From the NCBI GenBank assembly GCA_965261595.1, contig CBDHDG010000003.1, positions 224,001 to 288,000 of the forward strand: a DNA stretch of 64,000 nt, read 5' to 3'. The position numbers were made by a program, and so were the translations under genes. Position 1 is the stretch's first letter, and the number at the start of each line of letters is the position of its first letter. This DNA comes from a bacterium (GTDB taxonomy: Bacteria > UBA8248 > JACPRG01 > G963555815). Under the pieces are notes generated by a model. That model did not search any database. It had not been told where the DNA came from and saw only the letters and a list, made by a program, of their open reading frames with translations. This document shows positions 38,596-47,752 of the stretch, one piece after another.

Positions 38596-40047
38596 ATGGG
38601 AAATTCAGGCCTGGAGGACGTTTTCCCCCTGGACGCCACGGCCCAGGCGGACTTGGTGCGGAAAGGGGAGGTCGCTTCCATCGAGCTTGTGGAAGCGGCC
38701 ATCGCCCGCATCGAGCGGCTGAATCCCGCGCTCAACGCGATCGTGACGCCGATGTACGACCTCGCGCGCGAAGCGGCCTCCGGCCCGGTTCCGGAGGGTC
38801 CGTTCGCCGGTGTGCCATTTCTCCTCAAGGACTTCCTCGCGGAGTGCGCCGGGGTCCGCTTCACGGAAGGCTCCGCGTTCCTTAAGGATTTTGTCCCCGA
38901 TGAAGACAGCGAGCTGGTCAAGCGCTTCAAGCGCGCCGGGTTGATCATCGTCGGGAAGACGAACACGCCCGAGTTCGCGATCGGCGCGTCCACGGAGCCG
39001 CGCCTCTTCGGGCCGACCCGAAACCCCTGGAACACGGACCGGACGGCGGGGGGCTCGAGCGGGGGCTCGGCCGCCGCCGTGGCCTCGGGCATGGTCCCCA
39101 TGGCCCACGGAAACGACGCCGGGGGCTCGATCCGCATCCCCGCCTCCTGCTGCGGGGTCTTCGGCCTCAAGCCGACGCGGGCGCGGAACCCGCTGGGGCC
39201 GCGCTACGGCGAGCTTTTCAGCGGGCTGATCGTCGAGCACGCCCTCACGCGGTCCGTCCGGGACAGCGCCGCCCTTCTCGACGCCACGCGTGGCCCGGAT
39301 TTGGGCGACCCGAATGTCGCGCCCCCCCCGGCCCGGCCGTTTCTTCAAGAGGTCGGGGCCGAGCCGGGGCGGCTTCGCGTGGCTTTCACGGCCAAGACCC
39401 CCCTCGGCACAGCGCTTCACCCAGATTGCGAGGCCGCCGTGCGCGACGCCGCGGCCCTTTGCGCGGGGCTTGGTCACGAGGTCGAGGAGGCCGCGCCCTC
39501 CTACGACGCCGAGACGCTCTGGAAGGGTGTGACGACCGTCCTGTCCGCCGGGACGGCCTGGGCGCTGGAGGACTGGAGTCGGAGGACCGGCCGGAAACTT
39601 GCCGCCGAGGACTTCGAGGCCTTCATCTGGGCCTTCGCGGAGAAGGGGAGGGAAGTCAGCGCGCCGGAATACCTTCTGGTCGTTCAGGACCTACAACGGA
39701 TCACGCGCGACATCGCACGGTTCTTCGAGGGGTATGACGTATTTCTCACGCCGACCCTCGGCCGGCCGCCGGTTCCTTTGGGGACGTTCGTCATGCCGGA
39801 AGGCGCTTCGGCGGACGAGGCCGTCGAAGTCCGCCGCCGGACAGCGACGTTCTCGCCCTTCACGTATATCTTCAACGCCACCGGCCAGCCGGCGATGAGC
39901 GTCCCGCTTTATTGGAACGATGAAGGTTTACCCGTGGGGACCCACTTCATCGCGCGTTTCGGCGACGAGGCGTCGCTGTTTAGACTGGCCGCCCAGCTGG
40001 AGGCCGCCCGGCCGTGGACCGACCGGCTCCCGCCGGCATCGGCGTGA
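38596..40047 (+). CDS. Amidase (amidase signature family)
   Basis: [37 protein letters not shown]. Confidence 0.93.
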   Translation: MGNSGLEDVFPLDATAQADLVRKGEVASIELVEAAIARIERLNPALNAIVTPMYDLAREAASGPVPEGPFAGVPFLLKDFLAECAGVRFTEGSAFLKDFVPDEDSELVKRFKRAGLIIVGKTNTPEFAIGASTEPRLFGPTRNPWNTDRTAGGSSGGSAAAVASGMVPMAHGNDAGGSIRIPASCCGVFGLKPTRARNPLGPRYGELFSGLIVEHALTRSVRDSAALLDATRGPDLGDPNVAPPPARPFLQEVGAEPGRLRVAFTAKTPLGTALHPDCEAAVRDAAALCAGLGHEVEEAAPSYDAETLWKGVTTVLSAGTAWALEDWSRRTGRKLAAEDFEAFIWAFAEKGREVSAPEYLLVVQDLQRITRDIARFFEGYDVFLTPTLGRPPVPLGTFVMPEGASADEAVEVRRRTATFSPFTYIFNATGQPAMSVPLYWNDEGLPVGTHFIARFGDEASLFRLAAQLEAARPWTDRLPPASA

Positions 40048-40063
40048 TGCCTTCGTTGGGGGA

Positions 40064-40473
40064 ATCCGCAGATTACACAGATGGAAAAATCAAGACAATG
40101 CTTTTGAAACTTTTTCTATCAGGTTCCGGAATAACGAGCTTGTTCAGGACCGTTGGAGCGATTCGTATGCTCATCCCATCGTGATGACGATTGTTGTAGG
40201 GGAGGGCCGAGGGTTGGTTGACCCTGCGCCCGCCCGAATTTTGCGAGGGGAGGATATACACCCATGGATTGTTTGACCCTTCCATCAATGGCTCATTGAG
40301 CCTCACGGGAGCCCGCAAGGGGCTCCCCTACATCCTGAAAGCGGGGTGTTCTGGAAATCCGTTGTGGCGGCCCCCAGGTTAGGCATTTTTCCTCAACCGT
40401 CTATATCTTTCCATCTGTGTAATCGGTGCAATCGGTGGATAAAACAGTCTTTCCATCCGCGAAATCTGCGGAT
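40064..40473. repeat. Nested REP-like inverted repeats
   Basis: Perfect 17-bp IR GATTACACAGATGGAAA (40071-40087) and its reverse complement (40408-40424), enclosing an inverted pair of GTAGGGGAG... elements (40196 and 40306-40331). Confidence 0.7.
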
Positions 40474-40717
40474 CAAAAAGAGATTCAGGGAGAGGTTGCG
40501 GTAAAGGCACAACGAAAGTCTGGGGACTTTCTCACACCCAGTGGTCCATACTTCGGGGAGCACAGTGCTTTGGCTCCGGGCTTCGGCCACGGCGCAGTCT
40601 CCCTTTATGCCTGCTGAGACGCTTTTCTACGCCTTTGGTTAGTAGGCATAAAACGACCGAACGGTCGGCGTCCCTATTCCCCCGGGCTCTTGACGGCTAC
40701 GGCGAGGCCTCGTGGCG

Positions 40718-42040
40718 TCAGAGCTCGTAGCCCCGTTCGCCGTGGGTCGCGAGATCCAGACCCTGGACCTCGTGTTCCTCGTCGACGCGCAGGCCCACGA
40801 GAGCGTTGACTATCTTGAGAATGATGAAGGTCAGCACCACAGCCCAGACGCCCGTGGCTACCACGCCCACAATTTGAACCCCAAGACCCTTGCCGATTGT
40901 CATGCCTTTGGCCAAGCCAAGGCCACCTAGGTTTTCGGCAGCCAAGAACGCGACCAGAATGATACCCAACGAACCCCCTACCCCATGCACGGCGAGAACG
41001 TCGAGGGAGTCGTCTACCTTGCACTTCTCCCGGATTATATTAACCGCGTAGGAGCAGACGATACCAGCAGCGAAGCCTATGATGATGGCACCGACCGGAC
41101 CCACGAAGCCGGATGCCGGCGTGATTGTCGCTAGGCCCGCGATGGCGCCGGTGACAATACCGACGAGGGTGGGTTTTCCCTGTTTGATCCAATCGACGAA
41201 CATCCAAGTCAGCGAGGCCGTGGCGGCCGCGATGTGGGTCACTGTCATCGCCATGCCCGCGCTGCCGTTGGCGGCCAGGGCGCTGCCAGCGTTGAACCCG
41301 AACCAGCCGACCCAGAGCATGCACGCGCCGGCCATCGTCATGCCCGGGTTGTGCGGTCGTTTGATGTCCGTCGGAAAGCCCTTGCGGTGGCCAAGTTGGA
41401 GCGCGACAACGATCGCCGCCATGCCGGCGCTCACGTGCACGACGAGGCCGCCGGCGAAGTCCCTGACCCCAAGCTTGGCGAGCCAGCCGCCGCTGCTCCA
41501 CACCCAGTGGCAGATCGGCGCGTAAACGATGAGGATCCACAGGGCGGTGAAAAGGAACATGGCGGAGAACTTCATCCTCTCCGGATAGGTGCCGACGATG
41601 AGCGCCGGCGTGATGATCGCGAAGGTCATCTGGAACATGAAGAAGACGGTCTCGGGGATGTTGCCGCTCATGGTGTTGAGACTTACGCCGATGAGAAACG
41701 CCTTGTCGAAACCGCCGATCCACGCGTTGGCGGCGCCTCCGTCGCCGAAGGCGAGGCTGTAACCGACGACGAGCCACAGGACCGAAGCCAGGCAGCAGAT
41801 GGTGAAACAGTGCATCAGGACCGACAGCACATTCTGGGCACGAACGAGGCCGCCATAAAACAGCGCCAGGCCGGGAAGGGTCATGAACAGGACCAGCGCC
41901 GTCGAGGTGAGCAGCCACGCGGTGTTGCCTTCGCTGAGCGTCGACGCACCCTGGGCCACGGCCTGAGACGGCAACAACAGAACGCCAAGCGTCGCGGCGA
42001 TCAGCCCCCAGAAGACGAATTTCAGTTGTGTTTTCGGCAT
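40718..42040 (-). CDS. amtB: Ammonium transporter
   Basis: LALFYGGLVR, FQMTFAIIT, DFAGGLVVH, GWFGFNAGS, DDSLDVLAVHG, HGERGY. Confidence 0.95.
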   Translation of the reverse strand: MPKTQLKFVFWGLIAATLGVLLLPSQAVAQGASTLSEGNTAWLLTSTALVLFMTLPGLALFYGGLVRAQNVLSVLMHCFTICCLASVLWLVVGYSLAFGDGGAANAWIGGFDKAFLIGVSLNTMSGNIPETVFFMFQMTFAIITPALIVGTYPERMKFSAMFLFTALWILIVYAPICHWVWSSGGWLAKLGVRDFAGGLVVHVSAGMAAIVVALQLGHRKGFPTDIKRPHNPGMTMAGACMLWVGWFGFNAGSALAANGSAGMAMTVTHIAAATASLTWMFVDWIKQGKPTLVGIVTGAIAGLATITPASGFVGPVGAIIIGFAAGIVCSYAVNIIREKCKVDDSLDVLAVHGVGGSLGIILVAFLAAENLGGLGLAKGMTIGKGLGVQIVGVVATGVWAVVLTFIILKIVNALVGLRVDEEHEVQGLDLATHGERGYEL

Positions 42041-42122
42041 GTTATTCCCCCCCGCTTCCGCTTGACGGCTCAACGCTCTTACTCCGTACACACAATAAAG
42101 GACGTGAACAATCATCACGTCC

Positions 42123-43060
42123 TCAGCTCTTCGGAGAAATCCTTGAAGCTTCTTTCATCCAACAATGACGAAAGCCCTCCCTATACATTTTCGGGGGAGA
42201 GGTTTTCGTTGATCCCATCTTTGGCCCTTCCTTCAAAAAGGTCCACGCAAAAAGAACGTTTGTGCCGTAATCGGATGCCGCGTCGTTTAATCCGACCTCG
42301 AGCGTCACCTCGGCATAGAACTGCTTTATGAGTTGATACCCGAATCCCGCGTCCACGGAATGGGTGTCCGCGATGTTTCGAGTCGATAGAGCGTTGAAAT
42401 ACTCCACGAACCCACTCAGATTTTCGACGATGGGAAACGCCAAGGTCACGACTGTTGAATATTGGAAGTAACGATTGGAATCCGCTCTTCCGTTGGTTGG
42501 GCCGGCCAAACCGAGATTCAGATAGAGGGTGGTTTCCTTGGGCAAGGGAAGCGCTTCCACGCTCTTCCCAACCCCCCAAGCGGCGATGAAGGTGAAAGAG
42601 GGGTCGAATCCATCACTGGAAACGTTCCCCCCGCCTGTCGGGAAGCTCAAGCCGACCCTGCCCGCGGTGTTTGGAATCCATCCGTTCTCTGAAGTGATCC
42701 CGAACTTACCGAACATGGAAAAGTCACTTCCATCTTCCGTGCTGCTTCCCGGATCGGAATCAATCACGATCAAAGCGTCCCCGGAGAGCTTGATTTCTAG
42801 ATTGGAGATAACTCCCGTAATGAAGGTGGGAGCGGGAAAAGAATGGGTGCTGGTATCCGGGGATGTATCTACCTCCTCTTAGATAAGTGTATCCAACCTC
42901 GAGCTGATAGTTTCCCGGCGCGACGAGCTCAGGACTCACGAATTGCGATGCGAGACGCAGGTCCAGCCATCCAAACGGCCGATGTTAGAAAAACAATCAG
43001 CGCTATCATTGTTCGACTGTAGAACGAGGACCTACCTCCCTGACGCGGACCTTCTTTCAT
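42123..43060 (-). pseudogene. Degenerate outer-membrane beta-barrel 'transporter' (Phenol_MetA_deg/CoxB-like)
   Basis: Signal-peptide-like start; APGNYQLEVGYTY, LSFPTG, VDAGFGY, ...FAWTF; frameshifts near 42940 and 42880; the terminal Phe is followed by a read-through tail. Confidence 0.6.
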
Positions 43061-43107
43061 CAACTTTCCCTCCCCACATGAAGTTCGGATCAGCCTGCAA
43101 TCTTGAA

Positions 43108-43294
43108 CCGGAATTTTCCATTTCAAATCCGGACGGCCCTGTCTGGACCGCTTTTTACCATCCTGATCCAATTAGACCTCTCTTTACTTGGGCTGTCAAC
43201 CCCATTCGGGTGTCTGAAACCCTGATTGGAGCGGTATCCGCCATTGGAAAACCATGCCACACCGGTGAGTAAACGAGCTTGACCTCCAGGTGAT
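43108..43294 (-). mobile_element. Solo IS1380 right end carrying an outward promoter
   Basis: About 130 bp similar to 35451-35580; ends in IRR-like AAATGGAAAATTCCGG at 43108. Confidence 0.8.
43171..43199 (-). promoter_or_regulatory. Sigma70-type promoter TTGACA-N17-TCTAAT pointing to the porin-amtB genes
   Basis: Perfect -35, 17-bp spacer, 5/6 -10; the same architecture is conserved at 35453-35481. Confidence 0.65.
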
Positions 43295-43330
43295 TGGAAT
43301 TGACCCGGTTTTGTGGACACCTGTTGATTT
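43295..43330 (+). mobile_element. IS3-family terminal-repeat-like remnant
   Basis: TGGAATTGACCCGGTTTTGTGGACACC resembles the IS3 IRs in this window and lies where the IS1380 end breaks off. Confidence 0.5.
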
Positions 43331-43380
43331 GCGAGAGGCAACAACGGTGAAAGCCGGAGGGATTGGGACAGGTCGTCTTA

Positions 43381-43608
43381 TCACACCGGCCGCGCGTCCG
43401 GCAGGTACTTTTCCAGGCCGATGCGGATAGCGTCCACCGGACAAATGTCCTCACAATTCAGGCAGACGATGCAGGGGGCCTCTTCCAGGACCAGGAGCCG
43501 TTTTTCCTTCTGGGCGAATCCCAGACAGTCCACCGGGCAAGCCAGCACGCACAGGGCGCAATCCACGCAGGTCGGAAGGACGCTGATCCGGACGGATTTA
43601 ATCGGCAT
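43381..43608 (-). CDS. 4Fe-4S dicluster ferredoxin
   Basis: CVDCALCVLACP and CIVCLNCEDICP. Confidence 0.9.
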   Translation of the reverse strand: MPIKSVRISVLPTCVDCALCVLACPVDCLGFAQKEKRLLVLEEAPCIVCLNCEDICPVDAIRIGLEKYLPDARPV

Positions 43609-44450
43609 GGGCGCTCCGGATCGGCACGGGAAGGGAGACCCGGGTGACATCCACCTCTCTTTTGATGGGCTCTTGACCCCGGAGGATGACGTCGTGGCAG
43701 ATCCAGTTTTCCTGATCGGTATTCGGATAATCCGTTCGAAAATGGCATCCCCGGCTCTCCGTCCGAAAACAGGCCGAGCGGACGACCAACTCGCCCACTT
43801 CAACCAGGGTCTCGGTCTCCAACGCGGCCTTGACCTCGAACGGCGTCCGGGCGTGTAAATTCGGGAGGCGGTCGCGCTTGATCGCTTCCAAATCCTCCAG
43901 GGAAGTCTCCAGGCGTTCTCCGGACCGGAGCGGCCCGGCGTTCTCCCACATGGTCCTCTGTAGTTCCGTGCGGATCGTGGCGGGATCGCCCTCTTCGCTT
44001 GGCGGCCGGTCCCATGCCCGGATATCCGCCAGACGCTCTTGCACGGCTTCCCGATCCCAGTCCGCATCGGACACGAGGCGGGGGTTATCGCGGGCGCGTT
44101 CGGCGGCGGCCCTTCCCGCCCGCGCTCCGAAGACCAGGCAGTCCGAAAAGGCGTTTCCCCCCCTGCGGCGGGCGCCGTGGACGGGCGCGGCCGATTCACC
44201 GGCGGCGTAGAGTCCCGGCAGATTGGTCTCGCATCACGGTTTGATCCCAATCCCCCCCAGGTGGGTGATGGCCCCGGGAGAGATCCGGAGCGTATGGTTC
44301 TTCCAGTCGAATCCCCTCAACAGGCAGCGCAGGTCGTATCTGCCTGGAAGGTCGGATTCCCAAAGCTCTTCAGGAACATCCCGAAGATCGAGCCAGATGG
44401 AGTCCCCGTCGCCCCTCCCTTCAAAGATTTCGATGGCAATGGCCCGGGAG
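43598..44450 (-). pseudogene. SdhA/FrdA/NadB-family flavoprotein, C-terminal fragment with in-frame TGA at 44234-44236
   Basis: SRAIAIEIFEGRG, THLGGI, TNLPGLYAAGE, HGARRRGGNA, RTESRGCHFRTDYP. Confidence 0.85.
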
Positions 44451-44682
44451 CTCCATCACGAGCCCAGGGTCCTGGTGGCGGCGCAGCCCACCCGGGGCCT
44501 CGACGTGGGCGCCACGGAGTACGTCCGCAACAAGCTCCTGGGTCAGCGGTCCCGCGGCGCGTCCATCCTGCTGATCTCGACGGAGCTGGAGGAGATCCTC
44601 TCCCTCAGCGACCGCGTCCTGGTGCTGTACGAGGGGGCCATCATGGGCGAGTTCAGCGGCGACGACGTGGACCTGGAGCGGC
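44439..44682 (+). pseudogene. Fragment of a sugar/nucleoside ABC transporter ATPase (second NBD tail)
   Basis: ARE...LVAAQPTRGLDVGA...LLISTELEEILSLSDRVLV. Confidence 0.85.
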
Positions 44683-44797
44683 CGAGGGGAAGTAACGGGG
44701 CCGCGCAGCCGGATCGGACCCGCAAAAGTGCTACACTCGGATCCAAGCAAAGCAAGAAATTCAGCGGGTTCCCTCATTGGAAGCAGGGAGAACAACT

Positions 44798-46407
44798 ATG
44801 CCCGACGGCGAATTCGACGGCATCATCATCGGAAGCGGCTACAACGGACTGACCCTCGGCGGGTACATGGCCAAGCAGGGGCTGAAGATCCTGGTTCTCG
44901 AGCGGCGGATGCACTACGGCGGCGCGACCATCACCGAGGAAGTCACCGTGCCCGGCGTTTATCACAACCTGCACGCCAACTTCACATGCGTCCTACGGCC
45001 CCCCCCCACCAGGACTTCGATCTCCACAAGTACGGCCTGAAGCTCATGTACGGGGAAGTGGAGCGCTGCTACCTCTTCGAGGACGGAACCACCCTGACCA
45101 CCTACACCGACGACCCCCACAGGACCTACAAGCAGTTCAAGAACGTCATCGGCAAGGCAGACACCGACACGCTGGAAGAGATTTTCTACCGCTACCTGGT
45201 CAAGGTGGAGGAGGAGTTCTACGCCTCGCCCAAACCCAATGAGGAGCGCGGGGGCGGCCTGTCCGACAGCGTCCGCCGGGAATACCAGCGCCACTGCGCC
45301 ATGAGCGGACGCGATCTGTTGAACGATCTCTACCAGTCCGACAAGCTCAAGACGTTCATCGCGGTCAACGCCTGCGTCCGGGGCAATACCGACTTCTATC
45401 CGGGCGTCGGGGATTTCTTCCTCCGCTATTCGGCCTCGCCGGGGCTCAGCATCATCCGGGGGGGGACCTCCCAGCTCGCCCACTCCCTCGCCGCCTTTTT
45501 CCACGCCAACGGCGGAATCATCCTCAACGCCTGCCACGTGGAGAAGATCAACGTGGAAGGCGGCCGGGCCACCGGCGTGGAGCTCTCCGACGGGCGAAAA
45601 TTCACGGCGACCAAGTTCGTGGCCTCCGAGGTGGATCCCCCCGCCACGTTCCTCAGGATGGTGGGGGAGGAGCACCTGCCCGACATCATCGTCGAGCGCT
45701 GCGAGAACTGGGTGGTCAAGTAGCACAACGCCCTGTTCGGCTTCCACGCGGCCGTCTCGGTCCAGCCCGACTACTCGAAGAAATACAACGAAGAGGCGAA
45801 CCGGGCCCTTTGCATCTTCCTCGGGATCGACTCCATGGCCGAGCTGGACAGCCACTGGAAGCAGATCGACCAGGGGAAGCTCCCCGACAGGCCGGGCGGG
45901 GACGGTTGCTGCCACACAGTGATCGATCCCTCCTACGGGGCGCCGGGGAAGAACCCCCTCCTCTTCTGGCAAGCGGGCCCCGCCACGGACAAGCTGGCGG
46001 ACGGGAAGACCTACGACGACATCAAGTGGGACTACTTCGAGACCATCGCGTCGCGGTGGCGCGAGTACGCCCCCAACCTGACGGAGGACGTGTACCTCGG
46101 AAAATACTGCTACACGCCGTCTGACATCGCGAACCGAATCATCAACATGGTGGGCGGCGGGTGCCGGCAGGGCTCCTACGGAAACGGGCAGTGGCACGAA
46201 GGGCGCCCCTTCCCCGAGTGCAACAGCTACGCGACGCCCATCGAGGGTCTGTACCTGTGCGGTTCATGCTGCCACCCGGGGGGCTCCCTGCACTTCGGGC
46301 CGGGTTACAACTGCGCCAACAAGATCGTCGAAGACCTCCACATCGAGAAGTGGTGGCCGCCCTACAAGATCATCGGAAAGCCCGTCGTCTCCAGCAAGCC
46401 GATGTGA
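44798..46407 (+). pseudogene. Phytoene-desaturase-family NAD(P)/FAD oxidoreductase; frameshift near 44995-45007 and TAG at 45721
   Basis: IIGSGYNGL...LERR..YGG, GGTSQL, TPIEGLYLCGSCCHPGG, GYNCA. Confidence 0.85.
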
Positions 46408-46435
46408 CGAGCCCTCGCCGGGGGAGATTCGGAAT

Positions 46436-46888
46436 TTGGCCTACCGTTTCACGCTGAATGGAAAACCCGTGGAAGCCGACGTGCCGGGTGACCGGACGCT
46501 ACTGGACCACCTGCGCGAGGACCTGGATCTGACGGGCGCCAAGGAGGGGTGCGCGGAGGGGGAGTGCGGGGCCTGCACCATCCTGCTGGACGGCCAAGCG
46601 GTGGACGCCTGTCTGGTGATGGTGGGACAGCTCGAAGGCGCCGAGGTGCTCACCATCGAGGGCCTAGCCGCGGACGGCCGCCTCGACCCGATCCAGGAGG
46701 CCTTCGTCCGGGATGGGGCCGTCCAGTGCGGCGCCTGCATCCCCGGGATGATCTTCTCCGCCAAGGCCCTGCTGACCGAGAATCCCCGCCCGGACCGGAA
46801 GGAAATCCGCCAGGCCGTGGCCGGAAACCTGTGCCGCTGCACCGGGTACCAGAAGATCGTGGACGCCATCGAGAGGGCCCTGTCGTGA
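46436..46888 (+). CDS. (2Fe-2S)-binding subunit, CoxS/XdhC-like
   Basis: GCAEGECGACT, QCGACIPG, NLCRCTGY. Confidence 0.93.
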   Translation: MAYRFTLNGKPVEADVPGDRTLLDHLREDLDLTGAKEGCAEGECGACTILLDGQAVDACLVMVGQLEGAEVLTIEGLAADGRLDPIQEAFVRDGAVQCGACIPGMIFSAKALLTENPRPDRKEIRQAVAGNLCRCTGYQKIVDAIERALS

Positions 46889-47748
46889 CGGGGTTCATCA
46901 GCCCGAGGAGCGTGGAGGAGGCCTTAGCCGCCCTGGCCGAGGACGGGGAGGATCTACGCCTGGTGTCCGGCGCCACGGACGTGGTGGTCTGGGTGCGGGA
47001 CGGCCGGATGAAGGGTGGGCGCTACCTGAACCTCTCCTACCTCGGCGATGAACTGCGGTATATTCGGGAGGAAGACGGGTTCATCGTCATGGGCACCCTG
47101 ACGACCGTGACCGACCTCCTCCGCTCGGACCTGATCCGGCAACACGGCCAGGCCCTTCAGGACGCGGCCCGCCTGTTCGGGTCGGTCCAGATCCGGAACC
47201 GGGCCACGGTGGCGGGGAACCTGGGGACGGCCTCCCCTGCGGGGGACACCCTCCCTCCCCTCGTGGCGCTGGGGGCGGACGTGGTCCTGGAGAGCCAGAG
47301 CGGCCTCCGGGACGTCTCGCTCGACAAGTTCATGTTCGGTCCCGGGCAGATGGCCCGGAGCCCGGACGAGTTGATCACGTCCGTCCGGTTCCCGGTGATG
47401 CGGGAGGGGGAGACCAGTTTCTACCGCCGCCTCGACCTGCGGGACGCCCTCGCCATCTCGATCGCGGGCGTGGCCGGGAAGGTGAGACGCCGGGGAGGGC
47501 TCCCGGCTGCCATCTCCAACGCCCGGGTGGCCCTCGGGGCTGTGGCGCCGACCGTCTGCCGCGCGCCCGAGGCCGAAGACGCACTGAACGCGGGCCCGGT
47601 CCGGCTGGAGGACCTGATGGAGATCGGCGAGCTCGCCACCCGGTCGGCCCGGGCCATCAATGACGTCCGGGCATCGGTCGAGTACCGCCGGGCCCTGATA
47701 CCCGGCCTGTTCTACCAGGGCATGTACGATGCCCTAATGGAGGCGTGA
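46885..47748 (+). CDS. FAD-binding subunit, CoxM/XdhB-like
   Basis: SGATD, QIRNRATVAGN, SPAGD, GAVAPT, DVRASVEYR; GTGA overlap with the upstream gene. Confidence 0.9.
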   Translation: MTGFISPRSVEEALAALAEDGEDLRLVSGATDVVVWVRDGRMKGGRYLNLSYLGDELRYIREEDGFIVMGTLTTVTDLLRSDLIRQHGQALQDAARLFGSVQIRNRATVAGNLGTASPAGDTLPPLVALGADVVLESQSGLRDVSLDKFMFGPGQMARSPDELITSVRFPVMREGETSFYRRLDLRDALAISIAGVAGKVRRRGGLPAAISNARVALGAVAPTVCRAPEAEDALNAGPVRLEDLMEIGELATRSARAINDVRASVEYRRALIPGLFYQGMYDALMEA

Positions 47749-47752
47749 CAGC

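Noticed and set aside
38594..38609. IS1380 IRR-like AAATGGGAAATTCAGG at the amidase start
   Set aside because: It coincides with a normal RBS and ATG and has no further IS-end homology; probably chance.
44234..44236. In-frame TGA as selenocysteine
   Set aside because: The gene is already 5'-truncated, the position is not a known catalytic Cys, and no SECIS could be supported.
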